The notes under the pieces are model-generated. The model had not been told where the DNA came from, made no database searches, and worked only from the letters and a program-made list of their open reading frames with translations. The translations under genes and the position numbers were made by a program. From Patellaria atrata CBS 101060 (Eukaryota), in assembly GCA_010093705.1 (NCBI GenBank), contig MU006097.1, positions 73,905 through 137,904 on the forward strand: a stretch of 64,000 nt of DNA, given 5' to 3'. Numbering within the stretch: position 1 is the stretch's first letter; each line of letters begins with the position of its first letter. This document shows, in pieces, positions 38,773 to 50,229 of this stretch.

Positions 38773-39532
38773 ATATTTGCCATTCTATGCCATCACGTAT
38801 CCAGAGGGAGCTAATTCGAGAATTGCGAGATGGTATATCTCATTGGAGATTTTTAGGTGCGATGTTAGATTTAGCAATGATACCCACTTAGTTTTAGATA
38901 AAGATAATACAGGCTTCGTCTATTTGCCACAATATCGGTTAGTAATATAGATCCCCTAATCTGTCAACTCTGCTCTCCTGCTCCTCTGTATTCCTGCTAT
39001 ATCACTGCAAGGGAACTTTAGGCTCCAGCTATTGGTAGATTTGGATTGTCTGTACAACCAGTCGTAAGTACGGCTCGAAGCCCTCCGTACACTTTCCACT
39101 TTACCGTACGGTAAAGTCAGGGACACTATACAGAGTGGTCGTACAACACCCGAATAAACAACGACAACTTAATCTGTACGATAGGGATATTTCCGTACTT
39201 TTTGACTTTCCTATATAGCAAAGTCGGGAACAACATGAGGAAGGAGGGTATCGTATGAAAGAGTTGCCATGAGAGGGAAAAGGATACAATCAGACTTTGG
39301 GGTGTGTCGGCTGGGAAAATGCGAGATGAGATACTTCTGTAGCATTACAGGTAATATGTTGTAGATTGTTGGATTGCACAAGTATATACCCATATGGCCA
39401 CTATCAGAGAGCATGGATACTTCGTTATTTAAAGCAGTATTTGGAATAATAAATCATGGAACTATCAAAACATAACGCCAGTGCTCTGCACCTTAGGGCA
39501 ATCCTCTCCTAATCATTCAGTTTCATAAATGT

Positions 39533-40764
39533 CTATACTACCAAGGCCTCTTCAACAGTTCCAACTCCGTCTTTTACCACTGCGGTCTGTCCTTTAGTCT
39601 GCGCAAATCCACTGGCTCGCACATGACTCGGATCGCAGCTGTAGAACTCGTCCACAATAGGATGGATCATGACGGTTTGCCTGTGAATAGTGAGAGTGCT
39701 ATTCGTTGGTACCGTAACCCAGTTGTCGCGCTCAAACGTCAGCGGTTCGGATGCGACGAGCACAATATCTGCGCCTTTATCGCGGCGTTCCATCCTATAG
39801 TCTGGGGCATTGGGATGGATGGGTCGTGTAGGCGAACGACCGCCGCCTCTGGCAGAAGAGGTAGAGTTAGAGTCGGATGCCAAAGAAGCAGGCGAAGGTG
39901 ACCAAGAGGTCCCAGAGGAGAAGAAAAGAGATGCCGCCTCGTCGGTCTTGCTGCTCACATAGCGAGAGCAAATCACGCTGTGGCCGTCCGTCACAGCGAA
40001 ATTCAGCAAGCTCCGGGTATCCTCAGGTCTCAATTTGTCCGGAATCTCGGCAATTAGAGCGTTGATGCGCTGAATGGTCTTCAAAAGCGCTTTGCGCAGA
40101 ACCGTGTGTCCATAACCTTCTTCCCCTGGTTCTAAAGAGGGCGAATGACCCATCCGCTCCATACTGTCTAGAAAGAGCGCAAATGCCCATTCGCTATCCG
40201 TACTGCCCTGAACATTGACGAACCACTCATCTCCTATGCTTGCTGCGAGCCGTCTCTTGATTGTTTTGAAAGCCCCTATCCCTCCGTTGTGCATGAACAT
40301 CAGACTACCATAGGTGAAAGGGTGGCAATTACTGTCAGAAAGATTACCTTCCGTTGTAGCACGGACGTGGGCAAAAATTAGCGAGGAGGTCGTCTTAGAG
40401 GCGAGGCGTTCGAGATTGATGCAGTTCCAAGCGGGGATGGTAGAAGTGAAAATGCAAGGTTCAGGACCTAGAGCGGGAGAGGTGTAGTATCCTACTCCGA
40501 AGCCGTCACCGTTATGTGGTCGGCGGAGGTCCTAGTAATCGTTAGTCATAGTTCAGCTTCAGGAAATTCGGTGCGATATGGAAAGGGACAGCTTACAAGA
40601 CGTAGGCGCGAATCATACGACTGTGTGAGGATGGAATGGGAGGGGTCTAGTATCAATTTCGACAGAAGAATTTCGTCTTTCCCTTTGTATACCTGCGTAT
40701 AACATATCATTAGAAGATGGGCATTAAGTCTGATTATGCCTGGACCTACCAAGAACCTACACAT
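39533..40764 (-). CDS. DUG3: class II glutamine amidotransferase, Dug3 (glutathione degradation)
   Basis: MCRFL|VYKG...NGDGFG...FAHVRATT...NCHPF...MFMHNGG...GSTDSEW...VASEPLT; two introns. Confidence 0.92.
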
Positions 40765-41334
40765 TCTCCCCTAGATACTTTGTGAATAACTATAACTGTA
40801 AGCTGAAGGGTGATAGGTCGCGTGAGCAACACTTTAGTTTCGAAAGACTTGTGAGAAACTCTGGATCAGATATACAAGAAAAGAATGATATCGAGATATA
40901 GGAAACAGATGTTGTGCTAGATCGAACAGCTAGCATCGAGCGACGTCAGAAAACAGGACAACAAACTTGACAAGGGAGACTGCGATGCCTCTCTGATGGC
41001 GCCATTCGCCAATGAGATTGTCTCAAAGGAACAGTCACAGTACAGAGGATGAACCGTCTCTAAGGTATAGACTTGGAACATCCACCACCATATAGAAGCT
41101 ACGATGAAGAGATTAAAGAGGTATACCAGCTGCAGTGGAGGTTTCGGAGGTTTACCTCAAGTTATCGTATGAAATGGCAGGTTGTCCCCGCGGGTCTTGT
41201 GTCGCGTAAAACTTCCTTTTTCCATGCTCTAATTCCTTGCCGAACTACTTATTTTTTTCACACCCTGTGCTCCAACGTTCAGAGCCAGATCCCCAGTTAT
41301 AGCGAAACGATAGTATATATCTACGACTGAGACA

Positions 41335-42155
41335 ATGCCTAAATCAAAGCGCATGAAGATTGTTCACACCTCCAAGACTGATAAGAAAGGAAAGGAGCTA
41401 TCAGAAAAACTATTCAATGGAGTGCGCGAAGCAGCGGAACAGTATCAGTATATCTTTGTTTTCTCTGTAGAGAATATGCGAAACACTTACCTTAAAGATG
41501 TTCGTTCAAAGTTCTCAGATAGCAGGTAGAAGACGAGCCAATGATCCTACAGGGTCTCTTGCTAATTCACTCTCTACAGAATCTTCTTCGGGAAGACGAA
41601 AATCATGGCCAAAGCCTTAGGGCAAGACGCCTCCTCAGAGCATCTTCCCAACTTACATGAACTGACGCGGCATTTACATGGCAATGTTGGTCTACTGTTT
41701 ACCTCACGCGAACCTGCCTCCGTCATTGAATATTTCTTTGAGTACACGGAAACCGATTTTGCCCGCGCCGGGATTCCTGCCCCATATACTTTCACAGTTC
41801 CAGCCGGTGTGGTATATTCAAGAGGTGGGGAGCTTTCGGTTGAGGATGATGTACCCTTACCGCATAGTTTAGAAACAACAGTTAGGAAATGGGGAATGCC
41901 GACACGACTGATAAAGGGACAAGTTCATTTAGATGGAGACTACACTGTCTGTAAGGAGGGTCAGGTTCTAAACAGTCATCAAACTGCTTTGTTGAAGCTT
42001 TTCGGGGTTGCAATGGCTGAATTCAAAGTCCAAATCAAAGCGTAAGTTTTCTCTGGACCCTTTTCCCGAGTGTGGAGAGCTTGACCCTAACCATAAGTAG
42101 ATATTATAGCGTAGCTATACAAGAAGTGATAGTAACAGAGCAGATGCAATCTTAA
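41335..42155 (+). CDS. MRT4: ribosome assembly factor Mrt4
   Basis: MPKSKRMKIV...ENMRNTYLK...SR|IFFGKTKIMAKALG...GNVGLLFT...VCKEGQVLNSHQTALLKLFG; three exons. Confidence 0.95.
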
Positions 42156-43268
42156 AGACACTGTATATCATCGGAGTTATGGCCTTGGGAACTCAAGGAA
42201 AAGAACAAAAAGTTTATGATCATCACGACTTTCATGAGGCGTTAGAAGGCGCAATTATGGAAGGAGAACCTCTGTGGAATATTCACTTGGGAATATTCCA
42301 ACTCCATGTACTGTTAATCGACGGCACTAGTGGAACTTGTGAGAATCATCTATATGCCTGGCAATTTTTGTCAACATTGGACGAGACATTGTCTCCAATA
42401 GTACCAAGTAGGGCGACAACGAGCATGCGTGGATATTGCTGGACAGCTCTGGACACGATTTCTTACCATTCATCATACCCCCCGTCTCCGTCTTCTGGAC
42501 TGTCTGCGTTAACGCTCTAATGGTACTCTCGAAGCAGAGACCTATGCCATAGAGTACCATGGGATCCTATGTAGTGAAAGAGAAAGTAGGTAGTGAATCA
42601 GAAGGAGCAATGATACGAGAATAGATACGGCTACCTCTAGACTCTTTCGGTATCAGATGATAAGCACTGTGTAGTCAAGAAGCTTTGTACCAGCATCCGG
42701 GTCTCCAAAGCAAATATATAGACTGCAACTAGCAGCATATTCCTTTTTAAGAAATATCACACCTCATCAGTTTTTATTGAGTTCGATACTTGATTACTAT
42801 GCGATGGCATGTTGATGGTGGTGAAGGGAGGATGTAGACAGGGATGTATGCTGTTGCCCCGGCACCGGTAATATATAACAGTCAGTGTAAATTATTAGCC
42901 GAGAATAAACAGAGAAGGTCTGGAAGCCAATCATATCCGTTACCTCCAAACCTTAGCTCATCTCACTATCGATACTATACCAACCACCAAAGAAGGGAAT
43001 CATCACACTGCACCTACTTATCGCCGTATCAATCGCTCTGCATCATCTTGTTCTCTCTCAAATTTCTCTTCTTCAGTTCATATTTAAATTTAGACGCGCG
43101 AGCGGTCTGTTTCTTCTTGCACCGGTCGCTACCATACCAACAAACATCACCCGCTGCACAGATCCAATCAGGTCCTCTGCCTCGAACTCCGCGCTCGCTC
43201 TGCCATAACCCCTTCAGTGTTGCATGATCATTCAAGTAGTTTAATCGCCGCTGGTAGGCACTGCGGTT

Positions 43269-45726
43269 ATGGATTCAGGATACCTTGCGCAGCAAGTCAC
43301 CACTATCATCGGCCAATTGCATGGACTATTCGATGAGATAGGTGTGCCTGGTCATGAGAGGGACTCTAGAGAAGCAGAGGTACAACCACCTGCTTGAAGC
43401 GTTACTGATACCTAGAACTAATGCTGATATGCATCTTAGCTTTTCTCTGCCCTCTCAGAAACGCTTCATAACCAGCTGCGACTGGTGACCACGTATGTAC
43501 AAACTTGAGACTTGATTATCTTTGACTGACATATAAACAGGGAGAAGCACGAAATGGCTGAAGAATGCAATCGCTTGATCTCGAATATTAAACAAATGGA
43601 AAGATCTCTTGATGGAAGACAGCAAAGTGGCTATGATATTGACGACCAAGAGTTGAAGGTTACATACCCTTTAACGCGTTGTTTACAAAACCTTAAGGAA
43701 AAACACAATAATATCAGCAAATTACATCGCGAGCGCTTTGAACAAGTAAAGAGTAGGTGTTCTGCGCATTCCACAGGAAAAGAAATCCAGCTAACGTAAT
43801 ACAGAACTTGCGGAAGCAATCGAATCATTCGCATCTCACCTAGAACCATCTTTCGTCATGGTCAAACTTCCTCCAACTTCCCCTAACGCTACAATCTCTC
43901 CTTCTTTTGATGTTTCCCCAGCCTACGTAACGTCCTTGGATAATGAATTCACACGTATTTATGAGGAATACAATAGAAGGGTTTCCGAGGTCAAAGGAAC
44001 CTGTCATGAGATTATCAACATGTGGGCGGAATTAGGTACACCACAAGCTCAGACGGATAGTTCAATCGTACAATACGCTCGCGATCAACCTGAACAGCTT
44101 GGACTGCATCAAGACGATCTAATTCAATTACGCGCTAAGAGAGATAGGCTTGTAGAAGAAAAGCGAGGAAGGGAGCGAAGGGTTAAGGAGCTGAAAATTA
44201 AGATCGAAGATCTATGGAACCGACTAGGAGTTGAAGAGCATGAAAGGAAAGGCTTTCTATCAAGCAATAGAGGATGCAGTTTGAGAACGATCAATGAGTT
44301 TGAGAGTGAACTATCAAGATTGAACGAGCTGAAACGCCAAAATCTACACCTATTCGTCGAGGACGCTCGGTGCAAACTTCAAGAGCTGTGGGATTCATTG
44401 TATTTCTCCGAGGAAGAGATGCTTGAATTTACACCAGCGTTTTCCGGTAAGTTTTACAAAGCAGTCGGGAAATAAGAACGACACTAACAAGGACTAGATG
44501 TATACAGTGACGCTTTACTCTCTGCCCATGAATCCGAGATCGCACGTCTAGAGGCGCTGAAGGAACAACGTGCACCTACGCTAGAACTCATTGATAGGCA
44601 TCGTTCTCTCGTCAAGGAACGGGACGATCTCAGTGCATCGAGTCAAGACGCATCTCGTCTAATGCTTCGGGGCCAGAAAGGCGAAAAACGGGATCCTGGA
44701 AAACTCCTACGAGAAGAGAAGATGCGTAAACGGATCGCGAAAGAGTTGCCAAAAGTCGAAGCAGATCTTAAAAAGACTTTGGAACGTTGGGAGAATGAGT
44801 ACGGCCGTCCCTTCCTTGTACACGGTGAGAGATATCTCGATGAGCTCCTTGCGGCCTCTTCAAGGGCTCCACCACCAAGGGCGAAGACTCCATCTGGACA
44901 TCCACCACCAGCCCCAAAATCTGTCCCTAAGTCGGCTCCCATGTCTCAACGTGGTGGGACCGTTCGCGGACCACCTCCTACCCGCGCGAAGACACCCACT
45001 GCTAATTCGAGCATGCTTAATATGAGCACAACGCGGAACCCTCTAGCAAGTTCAGTCTCTACGTCAACTCTCAAAAGCCCATCGAAGATACCATCTCGAG
45101 TACCACTGAGCAATATGCCGCATGGAAACAACTCCCCCGAGCGTCGTGTAAACGCTAGCAGCAGCGTTAATAACAGTAACATGTATGAAACGATGCGTAA
45201 AATGGGACCACCACGTGCACCTCCACCGAAGATGAAAGATCTATTTGCCCCTCCTGAGCCAGTTCGACACAACTCATACGAACGGGACGTCGAACGTAGT
45301 GCGAGCATCGTCCGCCACATCGACCCAGAAGACGTTTACGACGATCGTGTGCAACGAAGCGGCTCATATGTACAACGATCACAATATCCTCCACAGTACC
45401 AACCTCAAGTCCCCAGTACCAGACAGATCTCAGCAACGTCAAGTATAACGAACACGGTGTCCGGCAGTGAGAACTGGGAAACGTATGATGACGCCTCCGA
45501 TCCAGAGCCGGATGCAACGGACGCGTACTATGATAAGTTGAGACAGGCGAGGGGAAAGAGGTTCACGCCAGATGGCGGCTATCCAAGTCCCAGAGGTGGG
45601 CAAGTCAAGAAGTTCAAGGGCATCATGGCTGTGGGTGTGGAGCAGCAGACTCTCATGGAGACTGAGAATGGGCTTGTGAGAGTAGAAGAGAGCGATGCTG
45701 GATGGACGGATGAAGATGCGTTCTGA
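43269..45726 (+). CDS. ASE1: microtubule bundling protein Ase1/PRC1/MAP65
   Basis: MDSGYLAQQV...LFDEIG...; LQELWDSLYFSEEE, DASRL...RDPGKLLREEKMRKRI; multi-exon with a disordered C-terminus. Confidence 0.92.
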
Positions 45727-47112
45727 AAGTTCAGCTTGACATTCGGGGTTCACGTGTAACCGCATCTAATTCGACTGAACAATTTCATCTTCAGTTGCAC
45801 ACAACCTACCTACAGGCGCCGGCGCAAGCTCGTTTCAATTCTCTTCTCACTCACCATGATTCTCTCGATACTTCGACCTTCTCGGAAAAGTTTGCATTCA
45901 CTTCTTGTGTCTAATTACCGCTTATTGGGGGAAAAGTTTGCACAAAGACTGTTGTCGAAGCGGGTTCGTTGGGGAGATATCGATCCCCTCCACCACCCCT
46001 TTGTCTACATGTCTTTTTTTCTCTTCTTGTTTGGACTTACTATCTGGGCGTCATGAAGCTGACGATTTCTCGCACGGTTACGAACGCTGACCTCATCCCG
46101 TCACTTCATCCCGTTGACACATCATCTTCTTTTCTCATCTTTCCTACTTGCTCGGGGGGAGTTTATCGGCGTCAGATGGACCGGGATGGATTTGTTATTT
46201 TGCAAGTTTTTTCGGGCGAATGGTGGAGTGGCGAATGAGTGGGTTTGGGCTTGTATAGTTACGGTTATTGCATTGGGTAGCTAGGTACGTAGTCGAATGG
46301 AACTAGTGGATAGCTTACCTTACTTTTTTTTTTGAGTGCTTGGAGTGTTCGTCGATGATCAGCTTACTTGGTTGATATGTTAGGTGTCATGGTTTGGTTC
46401 AAGTATCTGGGCTGTATGTGTATGCCAAAGGAAGGAATCGAGAACAACACCTCAGTCGAGATATAAGGTACAGTAGGACTGCACAGATACCGTAACTCCC
46501 GAAAACATCACCGATCCCATTGTCATTTACAACACCGTTTCTACTGCGCCAGAGTTGTACTCTGTAAATCAACAGGGCAGCTGGGAATGGCATCGACGTC
46601 CGTTACGTGTGATAGTTGAGGCTGATCTGTTACACCGGGCACATGATATCGTACACATCGAATTTTCAAGCAGTCCCAGTCTCTTATAAAACTGCACCTT
46701 TTCGACTTCCTTCCCGGTGAAAATGACGACCTCACCCACCAATCCCCTAGGGAGGGGGCGCCAAAACCCGCTCCCACCCGTTCCCCAGATCCCATCAGGA
46801 TCAATAAGCACCGTTTAAAGAATGGAGGGATTTGTGGGGTACATGCCATTAGGCTTGGGATGTGCAATAGATGGGGGAGAGCATACTTACGGTAGGGGTC
46901 TAGAGTGGTGTAGGGGGTGGTGAAGATAAGCATTGTGCGTTTCTCGGGCGGAAAATCATGGACGAAGGGTTTTTTGTGGGGTTTGGAAGTGAGGTGATGC
47001 AGTATTAGTTATACGAGATGATGTGGTTGTGAGTCATGGATACATGGATGTAGGGATGAGGGTTTGTGGTTTTTGGCTTCCTCTGGTGAGTAGGTTTTTG
47101 TGTTCTACTTAT

Positions 47113-48480
47113 TATTGTTGATATCGAGGTGATGAGGTTTGGGGAGAGGGGATGATATCTAAGTCTACAGGGGTGTTTTTGGTGGGGTTATGTGGGTTTA
47201 AGCGATCTTCTAGAAGAGTGCGAAACACAACCTCAATCTATGGTAAGGTAGAATGGCACGGCAGTATTTGCGCAAGAGATAATTTACTACTGAGCTTAGA
47301 GGGAGTAGTGAGAAGGGTCAGTTGCAGTAGATTCGGGTTGAGAGATAAAAAGATTTGCTGTTTTTTCTTCTGTGGTAATCTAACATGAGCGATGACTCTT
47401 AACCTGAAGCTGATAGAGGCAATTCCCGTACGGTAGCAGACTAGGAGTTTGCGGGAGATGTCCAACTTTCTCCTTATCAACGTTCTCGCTCCTGTCTGCC
47501 GTGCTGACACTACTGGCCTTACCCGCGTTTTTCTTCCTCCTAGCTCCACAGCAAACGCTCAGTCTGCGCAGCTGTCTAAGCTCTCGTCTGACGTCTCTGA
47601 TATGTGAATGTGACCGTAGCATACAGAAAGATGATCCCCGCCGCGCGCGTGCCGGCGCGTGCCGAGATTGATTCCAAAACTCCTGACTCCTTCTCGTCAT
47701 AGCCCTCGATATTCAAATCGACAATCAAAAGAACATCTTCTAGCTTAGGGGGTTGAAAGTCCAGTGACACGATCGCAGAGGTTCCCTTTTTTTTTTTTTC
47801 GTCCGGCTTTAGTAGGTCTATCCTTCTAGGCATGCCCTGCCGGAGGAAAATGGGCGGATGTTGGGAGAGCTTTATACGCTCCCTTGGGTCTGTCACGCAA
47901 GGCTTTAAGACGCGTCATTGGATCGTGTGGATGCAATATTCGGGGGGTAGGGAGACCGGTTTGAAACCGAGGCGTCTCCATCCTGGATAGTTGTACTGAG
48001 TATAAGCTGGGCAGAGCTGCAAGCAACTGAATAAACATATAGAGAGGATAGGAGGGGGAATATGGGAGGGGGGTTATGGAGGAAGGGTTCACTGGCTGAT
48101 GGGTGGTGAAAAGGTGGGGCAGCCGGTTACGCCGGGGCGTCAACCTTACCCAACCTTCGGGGCGATCGGGACGTCACTGCGATCGGCACCAACGGGGGTG
48201 CCGTCTTGCACCAGCGCTCGAAGCGGCATGGGGTGAAAAGATTAACGATAGACGGGTGTTTATTGTTCAATGTTTATACATATGGCTTTCGAAATCGAAT
48301 AAGCTGATAGGGTTAGAATCGGCTTCTTGGAGCATTAGCAACGAGGCAACCAAGCCAGCCCGAAGGAGTCGAGGAGTTCGTGGGTATGCATGGCTTGGAA
48401 ATAGGATTCAATATGCAGGAAAATGTATGCAGAGTGGATGCAGGATTGAATGGAGATTGTTTTCGAAGAATGGATGGAGA
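47113..48480 (-). ncRNA. TER: candidate telomerase RNA (TER); 5' end approximate
   Basis: Template CUAACCCUA 48316-48308; boundary hairpin 48360-48321; enclosing helix 48378-48362/47693-47678; pseudoknot 47860-47796; terminal helix 48465-48444/47238-47221; AUAAGU 47112-47107 plus branch point 47010-47004. Confidence 0.85.
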
Positions 48481-50229
48481 ATTATGAGATATCGAGATAT
48501 ACCAGCTTGATCTCATGTACTCGATGCATATTTGGGAACGCTGAGAATTGGCTGAGAAAAACTCCTATCGCGGTATATGAGGGTGAGACCAAGCTTATTG
48601 GGCATCTCTTCCGAACCCCAACGCCGCACACGACATGTATGTTGTCGCGGCACAGCATAATTAATTGCCAGTATGGGAGTATGGCAGATGAATATGTAGT
48701 ACAGTTCTCGATGAGTGATGATTGATGAGCCTAAGCGCGTCCTCAACATGGTTTGAAGGTTTCCTTTTCCCCCACCCCAAGTCTCCCAAGACGTCAAGAA
48801 TCATCCTTATCAGCGACGACAATAGTTACAGCACATTCTAAACGGTCCCTAAACCCAGTTCGGTAGTATTCAGAGACTTTAAACTGCTTCTCTACCGCGA
48901 TAATTTCGTCTCACCTACCGTATCCCGTCGATTACCGATCGTTAACTTTTGAATCGCAGCCAGTGATGGTGTTGATCTCCATTCAGCCAGCCAACCATGA
49001 GAACGAAGACATCCAACAAGCAACACACCATCCTGAAAAGAAAAGCTTCCGATATGGTTTCAACATAGGTCGTAAACCTAATCCTGCCTTGCTGCAGCTC
49101 TTCCCAGTAGGTTTTTATGTGTGCAGTGCCTCCCCACGCGTTGCCACAGGCCCACATTTACATTCCCCACAGCCCTTTGTTTAGCTATGACTCTGCGACA
49201 CGTAGGCGACAGCTGAGGCTGCTGAACAACAACAAGAGTGAGGTGCACATACTTCGTCCGACACGGCTCCTGAATATCCCAACCACCTTAAGCTATCATC
49301 ATCTCTGCCTCAGCTCATGAGACCAAAGGGGGTACATGTGGCCCCCTCTGTCTATCCTTAGCGTTTTCACTGCAACCTGATCCCGAGACACAAATAACCC
49401 CTTTTGGCCTTGACTTCTCTTAGCACGGCCCATTATCCACCTCGAAAGTGATTTGAGATTTATCAGGCTGAGTACGAACGATATATATCGAACCTCAGAA
49501 ACTTCATGTCTCATCACTCCAAGTTTCCCACCTTTCCCACCTCCTATAACCAGAGTTGGTTATCTACTTTCAGCCATACGCGGGATATTAGCTCTAAGGA
49601 GAAGGTTCGCCTCGGCAGAACAACAAAGTCCTTTTTCCCCTTCCCTTCCCTCCCCTTCGATCCCGAGTCCCCGAGTGACCCGAAGTAGCGAAATATTCCA
49701 GAACTCAAGCCCGGTCCAGTCTGTGCAGATTATCTTGTCTGTGCAGTGAGTAAAAGCAATAAGATAATAATAAGTGGAAGTTACCTTATTACGAAACATT
49801 AGTTCCAAGGCCTTTCCAGACCAGGGGGGGGGGGGCGAATCAACGTGTCACCTATTTTTCGCGCGTCACCGACTGAAATCATCGATCATCCCATCGTAAA
49901 CTTGGAAACTAGACGGGTCCCAAAGTACCTGATCTACGCTACCACACCCAGTCACCCACGATTTCCCTATCAGCTGCTACCTGACGCTGCTTACCTGCAA
50001 ACCTGCAAAGCACATACACCACGGGAGGACAAGTAATTATTACATTTGCGAAAAAAAAAAGAAGCTTTTCGTCGCCCCGCTAGACACCTTCAGCTTTATC
50101 AAACTCTTAATTACGTTACCTGGTTATCTGTCTTTTTTTTCCATTATCGTTTACTCACCACTTTTCTTATTCTCTCTGTGACTCCTCCCCGATAATCACC
50201 TACTCGCGTGCCATACAATATACTCCAAC

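Noticed and set aside
42179..42560. ORFs downstream of MRT4
   Set aside because: No motifs or consistent frame; possibly decayed sequence but unsupported.
46883..46892. ATACTTACG resembling the U1 snRNA 5' end
   Set aside because: Diverges from AUACUUACCU, and no U1 stem-loops or Sm site follow.
46541..48510. Short ORFs across the TER region
   Set aside because: Mostly non-ATG starts with no recognisable motifs; the region is better explained by RNA structure.
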